NCBI GenBank assembly: GCA_049889275.1 | Contig: JBMHDS010000078.1 | Span: 25,159-89,158 of the forward strand | Source: Bradymonadia bacterium | Lineage (GTDB): Bacteria; Myxococcota_A; Bradymonadia; UBA7976; UBA1532 | Direction of reading: 5' to 3' | Length of the DNA: 64,000 nucleotides | Shown here: piece by piece, positions 1 through 9,412 of the stretch | Layout: each line of letters begins with the position of its first letter | Numbering within the stretch: position 1 is the stretch's first letter | The notes under the pieces: generated by a model | The model's input: the letters and a program-made list of their open reading frames with translations, nothing else | Told to the model about the DNA's origin: nothing | Databases searched by the model: none | Position numbers and translations under genes: made by a program

Positions 1-1098
1 GTAATGGCGACCGATGGCGGTGGTTCTTCGAGCCTTGATTCGACCACAATGAGCGATGCAGCGCGGTCACGGCCAGACAGCGGCCCGGGCGTCGTTATCA
101 TTCCCATTCCAGAGGATCTGTCCGCTCAATTAGCCGACACCATCTGTACCTTCGTCGAACGCTGCGAGTATGACGCTATCTTCAATAATGTGCTTGGAGA
201 AGATTGTCGAACGCTCCTCAACAACCAATTCGAGGATGGAGATATCGCGCGGATGCAACCGCTGATCGAGAGCGGTGAGGTGACTTATAACCCAGCGGGT
301 ACCCGCGATTGCATCGGCGCGATCGAAGCGCTGGACTGCACCATCGACTTTCAGCAGCTGATCAATGCATGCAGGGGAAGCTTTTCAGGCAACCGAGCGG
401 TCGGAGACCCCTGCACCGAGCACGAAGGTTGCGGTGATTCGCTGTACTGCGCGCAGACAGATGAGTGTCCAGGGCGCTGTGAGTTCAAAGGCGCTGAGGG
501 TACGGACTGTGGCGACACGACAGGCTGCGAGGTCGGCCTGTATTGCGTTCGGGGTTCGTGTTCGAGCAGCGCGTCGATGGGTGAAAGCTGCGGCGGCGAC
601 GGCCCGCCCTGTGCAGATGGTTTGTACTGTGATGGCGAGAATGGCAGTCCGGGTCGATGCCGAAGTTATAATGCCGAGCGAGTCGGGGCAGGTGCCAACT
701 GCGACATTAACGCCGGGCCACTCTGCCAGTCTGGCCTATCATGCATTGTCGAAGTTGAAGGTTTCAGCGCGGTGTTCCGCTGCCGACCACGGGTTGGTGA
801 AGGCGCTACATGTGCACCCGGTTTACCCGATCATTGTGGCGAAGGGCTTTATTGCGCAGGAACCGATATTTCGGGTGTCCTGCCAGATATTGAAGGCGAG
901 TGCCGTCCACTGCCTGGCGAAGGTCAGCCCTGCGGCGATGCACCTGCATTTAAGGTCTGCCAGGACGGTTATGTCTGCGCTGAAAATATCTGCAGACCAC
1001 GTAGTTCGCTTGGCGAAGCTTGTACCGATGATGCGATTTGTTACAGCGGCCACTGTGCTTCAGGCACCTGCGCGATCGATCGGCTCTGCCCTCAGTGA
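1..1098 (+). CDS. Secreted cysteine-rich repeat protein, 5' end probably cut by window edge
   Basis: Frame is open from base 1 and the N-terminus lacks a signal peptide, so the true start is probably upstream. Seven tandem modules of form G-x-x-C-x(4-9)-C-x-x-G-L-Y-C...C, e.g. VGDPCTEHEGCGDSLYCAQTDECPGRC and EGTDCGDTTGCEVGLYCVRGSC. The Cys spacing is Dickkopf-N-like. Confidence 0.6.
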   Translation, partial: VMATDGGGSSSLDSTTMSDAARSRPDSGPGVVIIPIPEDLSAQLADTICTFVERCEYDAIFNNVLGEDCRTLLNNQFEDGDIARMQPLIESGEVTYNPAGTRDCIGAIEALDCTIDFQQLINACRGSFSGNRAVGDPCTEHEGCGDSLYCAQTDECPGRCEFKGAEGTDCGDTTGCEVGLYCVRGSCSSSASMGESCGGDGPPCADGLYCDGENGSPGRCRSYNAERVGAGANCDINAGPLCQSGLSCIVEVEGFSAVFRCRPRVGEGATCAPGLPDHCGEGLYCAGTDISGVLPDIEGECRPLPGEGQPCGDAPAFKVCQDGYVCAENICRPRSSLGEACTDDAICYSGHCASGTCAIDRLCPQ

Positions 1099-2357
1099 AA
1101 CATAAGCGGAGCGCGTCTTTGCGGTCTTTGCATGGGGTCCTTGGCATTGTCGGTCTCATACTCTGCTGTCCGATCTATCCCAAGAGCACGCAGGCCAAAC
1201 CACCACCGTCGGTAGATGTTGTCATCGTAGGACCCGGTGATTCCTTCCATTCTTCCTTTGGTCATACGGCTGTTGTCGTCACAACGGGGAGTGGCGATGG
1301 CGAGGAGACGCAGGTTGTTTATAATTTCGGTGTCACCAAGCTAGGCAACCCCTGGTTTCTCTATGATTTCATGATGGGGCAATCAGTCTACTGGGGACAC
1401 CGCCGCGCCTACTCGAAACAGCTCAAAAAATGGGTACGTGCCGACCGCGATGTGCGCCGTTACCGCTTGAACGCGAGCCCAGAAAAAGTCGGCATTCTCA
1501 TCGACCAGTTAAATGAAATGGTTCTCAAGGATCGACGAAATTTCACCTACGACCTGTTCCGGGAAAACTGCGTAACCAAGGTGCGCGATGTGCTCGATAA
1601 AACGCTCGGTGGCATCATTCGTGACAACTGGTCTGGCCGTTTGGCAAACGAATCATTTAGAGCTCGATCAGAGCACGGGTATGCAAAACACCCGCTGCTC
1701 TATTTCGCTTTTCAGTGGTTCTTGGGCCAGGGGATGGACCACAAGCCTGACCTCCTCCTCAAAAGTGGTGACCCGATGGTTTTCGGAGGTCTCATCGAGC
1801 AGCTGAGCGAAAGAGATGGAAAAAAGATCTTCGGCGAGCCCATCATCGATAACCTCCGGGTGGGTCCACCACCGATCGGTGGCACCGTCTACTGGTATCC
1901 TGTTTTGATGGCGTGTCTCTGCATTCTGGGTTTTGTCCCGCTATTGGCCCCAGGACGGATGAGTCGGTGGACCTATGCCACCCTATTGATCCTGTCCGGC
2001 TTCATTTTCAGCATGCTAGCTGCCCTTCTGATGTATCTGCACTTGAACAGTCAATGGTGGGAAATGACCGGCAACACGCTTATGTTGCTGGTCTGGCCGA
2101 CGGACATCATCTTGGTGTGGGCCGGCATTAAATATGGAACGTCAGGACACATTCTTGGATGGCTTAAGATCTATTTGACCACCCACCTGGCGGCCTCCGT
2201 TATTCTGCTTACGCTAGGCTTTCTGATCGACAGCCTCACCGGACCGACCTGGCCACGAGTGGTCTTCTTCTCTACTTGGCTCGCGATGATCTCGTACCTT
2301 AGATTTCGTGGTACGCAGAGCGAGCGGACTACTTCTGAGACCGTACAGACGACGTAA
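1095..2357 (+). CDS. DUF4105 (Lnb-like periplasmic domain) membrane protein
   Basis: GTG 1095 overlaps the upstream stop (GTGA). Signal/TM segment LGIVGLILCCPIYP. VVIVGPGDSFHSSFGHTAVVV is typical of DUF4105. The C-terminal half has several hydrophobic TM-like segments. Confidence 0.6.
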   Translation: MKHKRSASLRSLHGVLGIVGLILCCPIYPKSTQAKPPPSVDVVIVGPGDSFHSSFGHTAVVVTTGSGDGEETQVVYNFGVTKLGNPWFLYDFMMGQSVYWGHRRAYSKQLKKWVRADRDVRRYRLNASPEKVGILIDQLNEMVLKDRRNFTYDLFRENCVTKVRDVLDKTLGGIIRDNWSGRLANESFRARSEHGYAKHPLLYFAFQWFLGQGMDHKPDLLLKSGDPMVFGGLIEQLSERDGKKIFGEPIIDNLRVGPPPIGGTVYWYPVLMACLCILGFVPLLAPGRMSRWTYATLLILSGFIFSMLAALLMYLHLNSQWWEMTGNTLMLLVWPTDIILVWAGIKYGTSGHILGWLKIYLTTHLAASVILLTLGFLIDSLTGPTWPRVVFFSTWLAMISYLRFRGTQSERTTSETVQTT

Positions 2358-2419
2358 GACTAGCTATTTCAGTGACTTTCTGGCATATTGCGCGCGGTTT
2401 CACTGCATTACGTGAGTCT

Positions 2420-3607
2420 ATGAACGCCAAAACGTCAAAGATCGCGCTACGCCTAGCGCTGATTACGACCCTCGGTTTATCGATTGTGTGGTCTTTCGTC
2501 GGACACGCAGACGATAGCGCTGACATATACGACCTCAGATGTGAATTTGAAGCGAACTGCGACAGCCAACTCAGTCCACTCTCGCCCCATGATCCAAGTT
2601 GGGCGGCACAGCTGGATCAATGGCTGGCGCTCAAGAGCCAAACGGTGGGACAGTTTCAAAAAGAAACATCAACAGTCCCCATGTTCGCGGCGCAAGTAAG
2701 ACCTGAAAAGCAGGCGCTCGCAGGATCGATTGAGCAGCCGACCAACGAGCCGCCGATCAAGCCCGCTGTCATCGACAGACCAAGCGCGAGCAAGAAGGCT
2801 AAGACAAAGACAGAGCGACCAAGTTGGCCTCGCAGTGTCTCAATTGGTAAGCCAAATCGAGGCTGGCTCGTGTTTCCTGTAAAACTCGAGACGTCTGAGC
2901 GGCTGACATCGCGCAATCACAAGAACTATGGCACCTCGGAAATGGTAGAAGCCATCAAGTCGGCGGTTGACGCTGTGCACGCGCGGCATCCGAACTCACC
3001 GGTACTTGCCGTGGGCAATCTCTCTCGAAAACATGGGGGGCGTTTTCCACCGCATAAATCACACCAATCGGGGCGCGATGCCGATATCGGCTACTATCTG
3101 AAAGTCGGGCACAACCCAAGGCGTCTCAAGTTGGCGAGAACACGTACGTTAGACGTACCCCGCACATGGACATTTATGGAGTCATTGCTCGCCGACAACA
3201 AGGTTGAGTACATATTCAGTGATCGACGACTCATGCGTTTACTCCACCGGCACGCTCGGGATGTCCGTAAGCTGTCAAAGGATAAGCTAAAGGCATACTT
3301 CACCGGCCCCGGTCATATCATTCGACACCTGAAAGGCCACGCTGACCACATCCATGTACGATTTCACGCGCCTGAGTCCCGCGCTGCCGTAAAGGAGTTT
3401 GTAAAACGCCATGGCGCCAACTCACTCAAGCCTGTGCCCGTTTACCGTCGGATTAGGCGGGGCGATACGCTTTGGCGTCTTGCAAAGCGTCACAAGACCT
3501 CAGTCAAAAAGCTACGGCGCTGGAACCGGCTGCGAAAAAGCACCCGGCTGCGCGTGGGCAAGAAGCTGATTATTGGCCATCGCAGGCCGAAGATTGATGT
3601 CGATTAA
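2420..3607 (+). CDS. Peptidase M74 (MepA-like murein endopeptidase) with C-terminal LysM domain
   Basis: HKSHQSGRDADIGYY and HADHIHVRFH match the MepA metal-ligand motifs. The C-terminal YRRIRRGDTLWRLAKRHKTSVKKLRRWNRL...GKKLII is LysM-like. ATG 2420 gives a signal peptide (MNAKTSKIALRLALITTLGLSIVWSFVGHA). The track start, GTG 2372, is the alternative. Confidence 0.7.
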   Translation: MNAKTSKIALRLALITTLGLSIVWSFVGHADDSADIYDLRCEFEANCDSQLSPLSPHDPSWAAQLDQWLALKSQTVGQFQKETSTVPMFAAQVRPEKQALAGSIEQPTNEPPIKPAVIDRPSASKKAKTKTERPSWPRSVSIGKPNRGWLVFPVKLETSERLTSRNHKNYGTSEMVEAIKSAVDAVHARHPNSPVLAVGNLSRKHGGRFPPHKSHQSGRDADIGYYLKVGHNPRRLKLARTRTLDVPRTWTFMESLLADNKVEYIFSDRRLMRLLHRHARDVRKLSKDKLKAYFTGPGHIIRHLKGHADHIHVRFHAPESRAAVKEFVKRHGANSLKPVPVYRRIRRGDTLWRLAKRHKTSVKKLRRWNRLRKSTRLRVGKKLIIGHRRPKIDVD

Positions 3608-3620
3608 GCGGCTCGTATAA

Positions 3621-4208
3621 TCACGACTGCTTTGGACCACCCTGCGTCTCGCCGCCCTCTCCTCGATTTGCCCGGGGCTTTCTAGGTCGACGTCTGCGAC
3701 GCCGCCGCTCACCCTGCACACCACCCGACTCTTGCTTGCCGGCATTGGAATTCGGCTGGCCTGAGCGCTTCGGCTGGCCTGAGCGCTTCTGCTGGCCGCT
3801 ACCCTGTTGAGCCCCTTGGCGAGCGTGTTTCTGCTCGGATGGACGACCTCCCGAACGGGAACGACGACGTGACCGCGAACGACCACGACCCTTCCCCTCC
3901 TCAGCGTCAGCCCTGCCGCCCTGCGCATGCGTTTTGGTGCCCTCTGTGTCCGACCGACCCCGATTGTCGCTACGTCCACCACGACGAGACCGTCGCGGAC
4001 GTCTGTCTGCTGGCTCTTCGCCGGGCTCATTGTCAGGCCGTGGTGTCAACGTATCCGGCTCGCCTGAGTGGAGCACCTCATCATCATCATCGGATACCAA
4101 ATCTTCATACGGCTGTGAACGCTCGGGGCGAGGCGCCGCAACAGGCTTGGCTCGAGGCTTCACAATGATATCGACGAGTTCGATAAAGCTAATACGCTCA
4201 TCGCTCAT
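3621..4208 (-). CDS. Arg/Gly/Ser-rich low-complexity basic protein, function unknown
   Basis: ATG 4208 overlaps the holB stop (ATGA). A short ordered N-terminus (MSDERISFIELVDIIVKP) is followed by an acidic stretch and then RG/RS-rich low complexity. The competing minus-frame ORF 3512..4030 would overlap the mepA-like 3' end and is disfavoured. Confidence 0.5.
   Translation of the reverse strand: MSDERISFIELVDIIVKPRAKPVAAPRPERSQPYEDLVSDDDDEVLHSGEPDTLTPRPDNEPGEEPADRRPRRSRRGGRSDNRGRSDTEGTKTHAQGGRADAEEGKGRGRSRSRRRSRSGGRPSEQKHARQGAQQGSGQQKRSGQPKRSGQPNSNAGKQESGGVQGERRRRRRRPRKPRANRGEGGETQGGPKQS
3743..3778. repeat. Perfect 18-bp tandem duplication (cggctggcctgagcgctt x2) inside the RG-rich CDS
   Basis: Read directly from the sequence. 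It encodes KRSGQP-KRSGQP on the minus strand, and a partial third copy follows. Confidence 0.9.
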
Positions 4209-5239
4209 AAAGACTCCTCCGATGGGCTACGACCCGTAAGAAAAACAAACAAAGACTCGAGCACAAGCCGCGCATTGGCGGTTCGGTCCCAGATGGCAGT
4301 CTCGGCTGCCCTTGTTCGCTCGAGCCGTGCCTGAATGCGGGCTGCTTCAAGACGTGCTGCGCGTTCTATGAGTCGCCTTGATTGGTCGACATTGAGCAGC
4401 TGTTCCTGCTTCGCACCTAATTTAACCGCGAGCATATCGCGATACCAGGCGCGTAAGATATGAAATACTTGGCTGAGTCGAGTCCGTTGATTAGGCTTTG
4501 CCAAATCTTCCGCGAGATCAAATACGTCCTGCAGTGGCGTTGAGGCCTCGCTATCAATCAAATTGAGCACCTGCTCACGCAAGACAAGAACGTCTGCTTC
4601 ATACATCTCAATCGCTCGACCGGCCGAACCTTCAGCTAAACGCGAGATGGATCTGATCTGGTCGTCTTGCGATGCACCGCTCCGTTTCATGATGTCTTCG
4701 ATTTCGCCATGTTCAAGCGGGCCAAAGCGAACCCTTTGACAACGAGAAATCACCGTCGGCAGCAGGCGATGTGCCGCATCACTCACAAGTACAAAATGAG
4801 TGTCGCGTCCCGGCTCCTCGAGCGTCTTTAACAAAGCATTTGCTGTGGATTCAGTCATACATTCTGGTTCCACGATGAGAACGACCCGCCGTCGCCCTTC
4901 GAAGGCCTTAAATGACAGCGCCTTTTGAAGTGCTCTGACCTGGTCGATCTTAATGTAGCGCTCAAGCTGACCATCGCTCTTGGGTAGACGGCTTATGGAG
5001 TGAAAATCTGGGTGCTGGCCCTGCTCAAAGCGCAAGCAAGCGCCACACAGACCGCAGGCAAGCTTATCGTCCGCAGGCGTCTCGCAAAGAAGCGCGGCTG
5101 CGAACTGATTGGCAACCAGCGCTTTACCGACGCCCACGGGCCCGGCGAATAAATAGGCATGGTGTAATCGACGCGTCTCAAGTGCTCGTTGCAGCACTGA
5201 AGTCGCGTGAGTTTGGCCTTTTATGGCGTCAAAGCTCAT
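4205..5239 (-). CDS. holB: DNA polymerase III subunit delta'
   Basis: HAYLFAGPVGVGK Walker-A-like motif, CGLCGACLRFEQGQHPDF zinc module, and VLIVEPECMT / TLEEP clamp-loader boxes. Confidence 0.85.
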   Translation of the reverse strand: MSFDAIKGQTHATSVLQRALETRRLHHAYLFAGPVGVGKALVANQFAAALLCETPADDKLACGLCGACLRFEQGQHPDFHSISRLPKSDGQLERYIKIDQVRALQKALSFKAFEGRRRVVLIVEPECMTESTANALLKTLEEPGRDTHFVLVSDAAHRLLPTVISRCQRVRFGPLEHGEIEDIMKRSGASQDDQIRSISRLAEGSAGRAIEMYEADVLVLREQVLNLIDSEASTPLQDVFDLAEDLAKPNQRTRLSQVFHILRAWYRDMLAVKLGAKQEQLLNVDQSRRLIERAARLEAARIQARLERTRAAETAIWDRTANARLVLESLFVFLTGRSPSEESL

Positions 5240-5250
5240 GCAAATGCTGT

Positions 5251-6699
5251 CTAGAAGCTGTATTCGACGTTCAGGTTAAGTAGGCTGATGGACTGCTCAT
5301 ACTTGCCACCCGCGTTCGGCCCAAAACGAGTCCCCGTTGTCGCATCGCGCACAAGCGCCGATTCCTGAGATTCTGGGTTGATGTCACGAGTGAAGTACAC
5401 GACTTGCGTGAAGGTGGCGGCGAGGGCCAGCGAATCATCAAGCATTTTGAACCGAGCACCGAGAGATGCTGTGACCTTGTCCATATCGATGAGCGCAGGC
5501 TCCAGCGTGGAGTCCGGTACGGCATTCTCATCGTAACCTGCCCCGAGCATGACCTCGACGGCAGAGCTGAACCAATATGAGCCACCGAGGCGATAGCCCA
5601 TCGCGTCAGACCAATTACGCGGCGCGATAAAGAGCGGGCCCGAGTCACAGTTTGACCGCTCATCGGTACTATTTTCATTTACGCCGAGCGCGCAATGCTC
5701 TTTGAGCACACTCCACCTGATGTAATTACCTGAAAAACGTAGCTCGGTGTCCTCACTCGGTCTCCACCGCGCGCCGAATTGCCAGACGTCGGGTAGGTGT
5801 TGGTAGACAACCGCATCTTCAATCTCTTCGGGCGTTGAGCCAAGGATAAGCCTGGAGCGGCCTTCGAGTTTATTTTCGCCAAAACCGGGCGAGCTCTGAT
5901 ACGAGACGCCCAGCCATACGTTCTGAGTGGGCTCGTATATAATCCCCGCGCCAAGAGACAGCTCCGTGGATTCAACGTCAATGATCGCCCGGCCTTCCTT
6001 GAGTAGATAACCATCCCCAATCTCAGAGCCAGAGCCAGAGGTATCGACCAAATCGTCGGTATTGTCCGAGGTTTTTGCCCGAGCCGTGAAAATCTGGTTC
6101 TTCACGAGGTTGACGCCTAGACCAAACGACAGACCAAGGTCGGGTATGCGGTAGGCGGCCGCACCGGTAATAAACACGCTCTTAATCGTGCCCTCGATCG
6201 CCCACCAACGCTGTGTCCCGTTTACGGAGCCAATATGGTCGCCCACTTGGTCGACTTCGTCATAAACACTCGTCCCCCCAAAGGGTGCATACAAGCTCAA
6301 ACCGAAGCTCATGTTCTCGAGTCCAAAGTCGCTCGCGACACCAATGAAAGGACTCGCCAGGTAATTTTCCAACTCGGCCGCACCGACATTGGCCGCGAGG
6401 TCATCCTCGGGCGTGCCGGCGCCGCAATTTCGACAGTCGTCGAGAAGAACACTGTTCACAGCGCTCTGGGGCCGGGTATAGGTCACCAAGCGGCGGGCAA
6501 AATTTCCATCGATGTACAGGCGCGTCCCCTTACCCAGGCTCAAACCTGCAGGGTTATAATACATCGCTGTCAGATTATCGGTGGTTGGGTGGCCATGGGG
6601 GCCACCGAATCGTGCAACAAAAAATCCGCTGGATAGCGCGACCGCAGGATACAGACCACAGGCCAGCAACAATCCTATTCTGATCAAGTTCTGCTTCAT
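5251..6699 (-). CDS. Outer-membrane transport protein, OMPP1/FadL/TodX family
   Basis: Signal peptide MKQNLIRIGLLLACGLYPAVALS. The N-terminal AMYYNPAGLS motif is typical of FadL. The protein is beta-strand-rich and ends in an aromatic residue (YSF). The start is moved to ATG 6699. Confidence 0.7.
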   Translation of the reverse strand: MKQNLIRIGLLLACGLYPAVALSSGFFVARFGGPHGHPTTDNLTAMYYNPAGLSLGKGTRLYIDGNFARRLVTYTRPQSAVNSVLLDDCRNCGAGTPEDDLAANVGAAELENYLASPFIGVASDFGLENMSFGLSLYAPFGGTSVYDEVDQVGDHIGSVNGTQRWWAIEGTIKSVFITGAAAYRIPDLGLSFGLGVNLVKNQIFTARAKTSDNTDDLVDTSGSGSEIGDGYLLKEGRAIIDVESTELSLGAGIIYEPTQNVWLGVSYQSSPGFGENKLEGRSRLILGSTPEEIEDAVVYQHLPDVWQFGARWRPSEDTELRFSGNYIRWSVLKEHCALGVNENSTDERSNCDSGPLFIAPRNWSDAMGYRLGGSYWFSSAVEVMLGAGYDENAVPDSTLEPALIDMDKVTASLGARFKMLDDSLALAATFTQVVYFTRDINPESQESALVRDATTGTRFGPNAGGKYEQSISLLNLNVEYSF

Positions 6700-6823
6700 G
6701 GAAGGCCCCCACAATCCCGATTGGCTCAAATTATCTTAGAGGTAACGTTGACACAGTGGCATGAAGCGTCGCAGACTCCAACAAAATAGTCCACCCTCGC
6801 AGGGGTGTTTGAGGTCTTGAGGA

Positions 6824-7438
6824 ATGAGCTTCATGAATACGAACTTACGCGTTTTATGTGGATTAGCCTTGCTACTGTTTTGTAGCGGCTGTCCAGACCC
6901 CGATCAGGTCGCGGATGATTTCATTGCAGACCGAGAAGAGTTGGACACCATTGTGCCTGTCGAGGGGTTTTGTCCTGAGTTCTCGGATGCGAGCGGCACC
7001 TACATGATCGCCGTTCTGACGCCTCTAGACCAGAGCAAATACTTGTTGATGCAAGCTGATGTGGAGATGGCTGACATCGATTCATCACCAACGATCAAGA
7101 TGGTGCTCACGCCGCTGTCTGTTGCGGAGAGGGCACCTGTCGGCACACCCATTGAGACGGAAGCGGTCCCGGTCAACGCTGATGGCTCCTTCGTACTCCC
7201 ATTTGGCAATGTGGCCGTCACGGGTGAGGCAAACCCCATCAGCGGTGGTGACATAGAAGCAGACCTCACACTTAACGGACAGATCAGACAGTCGGACTAC
7301 ATCTGCGGAGACGTCGTTGGCGACCTGCTACAACCAACAAGCTTTAACCTTGAAGGAACCACCGTCGGACTCGTACGGGTCGACAATGCCGATTTCGAAG
7401 GCATTGAACCATCTCTCGCCTGTCCCGAATGTAACTGA
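6824..7438 (+). CDS. Hypothetical lipoprotein
   Basis: Lipobox LLFCSGC follows a hydrophobic signal. No recognisable domain. Confidence 0.5.
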   Translation: MSFMNTNLRVLCGLALLLFCSGCPDPDQVADDFIADREELDTIVPVEGFCPEFSDASGTYMIAVLTPLDQSKYLLMQADVEMADIDSSPTIKMVLTPLSVAERAPVGTPIETEAVPVNADGSFVLPFGNVAVTGEANPISGGDIEADLTLNGQIRQSDYICGDVVGDLLQPTSFNLEGTTVGLVRVDNADFEGIEPSLACPECN

Positions 7439-7461
7439 GATATCGGTTATGGGCTGAGCGG

Positions 7462-7908
7462 TCAGTTCCGATCGACCAGCAGCGACCTCACAAATGGCGC
7501 CAACCCGGTCAGCCCCGCGCTCAGGCCGACTTCCATTGATTCGTCAGCATCTTTGCCGCGGACGCCATGAGCGATGAGCGCGAAGAGCGCCCCCACTCTG
7601 TTGCCGCTCGCGCAATGAATCATCAAGGGCCGTTCAGCACCTTCGATCAATCCCGCGAGGGTCTTTGCGGCCTCTAAATTGATACTTTGCGGGCCGTTGA
7701 TGGGTAAATGGTGATACGTAAAACCAAGTGTATTCATTAATCCAGGCTGCTGTTCGGTACCTGGCTCTCCGACACCCCGTAGGTTAATAATGGTCTTAAA
7801 CCCCGCATCTTGCGCGGCTCGAAAGGCTGCGTCATCGGGTTGACCACCAACGAGAATGTTTGATTCGGGCCACAGGCCATTCGGAATATCAACCATGACG
7901 ACTACCAC
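7462..7908 (-). CDS. DUF442 / Cys-based phosphatase-like protein (TIGR01244-type)
   Basis: FKTIINLRGVGEPG and the P-loop HCASGNRVG (HCxxGxR) sit in a ~145-aa protein. Confidence 0.6.
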   Translation of the reverse strand: MVVVMVDIPNGLWPESNILVGGQPDDAAFRAAQDAGFKTIINLRGVGEPGTEQQPGLMNTLGFTYHHLPINGPQSINLEAAKTLAGLIEGAERPLMIHCASGNRVGALFALIAHGVRGKDADESMEVGLSAGLTGLAPFVRSLLVDRN

Positions 7909-7975
7909 CTAACGGATTGCAGGTTCACCGCCGCCTCAACGGTCGGGGAGGCCGGCGACTGAAAGACACCGCTGT

Positions 7976-8248
7976 TTATCTTATAATTTCGAAACCTGTG
8001 AATTCATTGGTCGCCGGCAACCATTCGGGATCCACCAGGTTGACACCGGCAGCAGGCGGACCTTGATGACACCAAGCTAAGAGTCTCTCTAACTTTGGAC
8101 GCGGTCCTTCCACACAAACCTCAACCGAGCCATCCGGACGATTCGCAACCCATCCATTCAATCCCAGCTTTCCCGCTTCTTCACGCGCGCTCGCACGGTA
8201 CCAGACACCCTGTACTTTACCCCGAACACGAACAACTAATCTTTCCAT
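7976..8248 (-). CDS. acyP: Acylphosphatase
   Basis: VRGKVQGVWYRASAREEAGKLGLNGWVANRPDGSVE matches the acylphosphatase signatures. Length is 90 aa. Confidence 0.85.
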   Translation of the reverse strand: MERLVVRVRGKVQGVWYRASAREEAGKLGLNGWVANRPDGSVEVCVEGPRPKLERLLAWCHQGPPAAGVNLVDPEWLPATNEFTGFEIIR

Positions 8249-8251
8249 TGT

Positions 8252-9340
8252 TCAGCTCCGCTTCTGCACTTTGCCGATTTCGACAAACTCGCGATGATAC
8301 ATACGAAGTTGGTCGAGTACGACAGCTAAATTGTGTTGATTATCATCATGATCTCGCACCCGATCGAGACGCTCCATCTCCTGGGCGAGATCATATAATT
8401 CTTCTGTTAACGCAACGAGCCGCTGACGGTCACGCGTGCCGCGCTGCTGACCCGCAAACTCTTTTCGGTATGATTCGAAAACAAGATTGGCGGCGCTACC
8501 AAGCTCGTTGACGAGCTCCTCGAAGGATGCACGCCCGCGGGTCTCCTGAATCGCCAACCGCTCATCGCGATAAAATGCCAAGCGCGCGTCAACCGTTGCG
8601 ATATTACTCACATTCGATTCGAGGCTGAGACCACGTTCTTTCAGTGCCGACATCGAATCTCTGATATCCACCAACTCATCGATGATGAGCTCGAGCCGCT
8701 TCAAGCTCCTTGAGATCCGCTTCTTTCCTGCGTAGTGCGCTTTATACTGGGCAAACTGGACATTGGCAGCGCCGGCCAATACATCTGCTTGCTCCGCTTC
8801 ACTGCCCGCACGACGGGTCTCGAGAATTCGCCCCAGTTCCTCTCGGTAGAGCTTGAGATTGGACGCGATGGACTCTCTCGTCTCAGCGAGTACGACATCG
8901 TCCGCATCCCGTCCCTCGATTCGCTCAAGCTCTTGGTCAAGCCGTTCGAGCTCGGCCACCATCGACACGAGCAATCCCCCGTCTCGCGTCACCCGAGACT
9001 GCCCTGCAAAGTTACGCTGATAACGCTGAAATACGATACGGGCCCACGAGCGATATTCATGTGATAGGAATACGCCAGTCGTCGCAGACTGAATCTCGCG
9101 AATCTTCTTCGCTTCGTTTTCGTACAAAGCCGCCAATTGCATTGAATTTTGGCCGATAGATGCAGCGTCGGTGCTCCCGACACGTCGCGCCGCCGCGGCG
9201 ATCGCCCGCGCTTCTGTGAGCATCTCATCAAGCAGTGATGGATCTCTTGAATGGCGAGGCTGACCGGCAAAGTATTGGTCATACCGGCGGGTCAGGCGCG
9301 TTTCTCGTTGCTTTAGGTTGTCTACATCAGTCTCTGTCAT
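8252..9340 (-). CDS. Uncharacterised all-helical protein made of four ~90-aa internal repeats
   Basis: The motif aromatic-x-x-Y-x-x-x-F/Y-A-G-Q/K-x-R-x-S/T-R-D/S recurs at residues 24, 111, 203 and 295 (FAGQ/FAGQ/YAGK/FAGQ). The stop lies 3 nt from the acyP start. Confidence 0.6.
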   Translation of the reverse strand: MTETDVDNLKQRETRLTRRYDQYFAGQPRHSRDPSLLDEMLTEARAIAAAARRVGSTDAASIGQNSMQLAALYENEAKKIREIQSATTGVFLSHEYRSWARIVFQRYQRNFAGQSRVTRDGGLLVSMVAELERLDQELERIEGRDADDVVLAETRESIASNLKLYREELGRILETRRAGSEAEQADVLAGAANVQFAQYKAHYAGKKRISRSLKRLELIIDELVDIRDSMSALKERGLSLESNVSNIATVDARLAFYRDERLAIQETRGRASFEELVNELGSAANLVFESYRKEFAGQQRGTRDRQRLVALTEELYDLAQEMERLDRVRDHDDNQHNLAVVLDQLRMYHREFVEIGKVQKRS

Positions 9341-9355
9341 AGGGGGCCTATTATA
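9341..9355 (-). promoter_or_regulatory. Possible -10 box (TATAAT) only 9 nt upstream of ATG 9340; candidate leaderless transcript
   Basis: The minus strand reads TATAAT(9355..9350)-aggccccct-ATG. There is no Shine-Dalgarno site and no good -35. Confidence 0.25.
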
Positions 9356-9412
9356 TGCATTGCGAACTCAATGGGCGAGTGAAAGTCGAGCACTGAGTAT
9401 ATTTTTTGACGC

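Noticed and set aside
365-1105. Long alternative-frame and antisense ORFs, e.g. 365..1105 (+), 3512..4030 (-), 12377..12850 (+), 20109..20804 (+), 22989..23477 (+), 41015..41536 (-) and 52289..52888 (+).
   Set aside because: Each lies inside or opposite a gene with clear family motifs. Their translations are Arg/Ser/Ala/Pro-biased low complexity, typical of off-frame reading in GC-rich DNA, and none has a recognisable motif or SD.
3743-3778. The 18-bp perfect tandem repeat, considered as a possible CRISPR-like or regulatory repeat.
   Set aside because: There are only two full copies, no spacers, and it sits in frame inside a low-complexity CDS (KRSGQP x2). Replication slippage explains it best.
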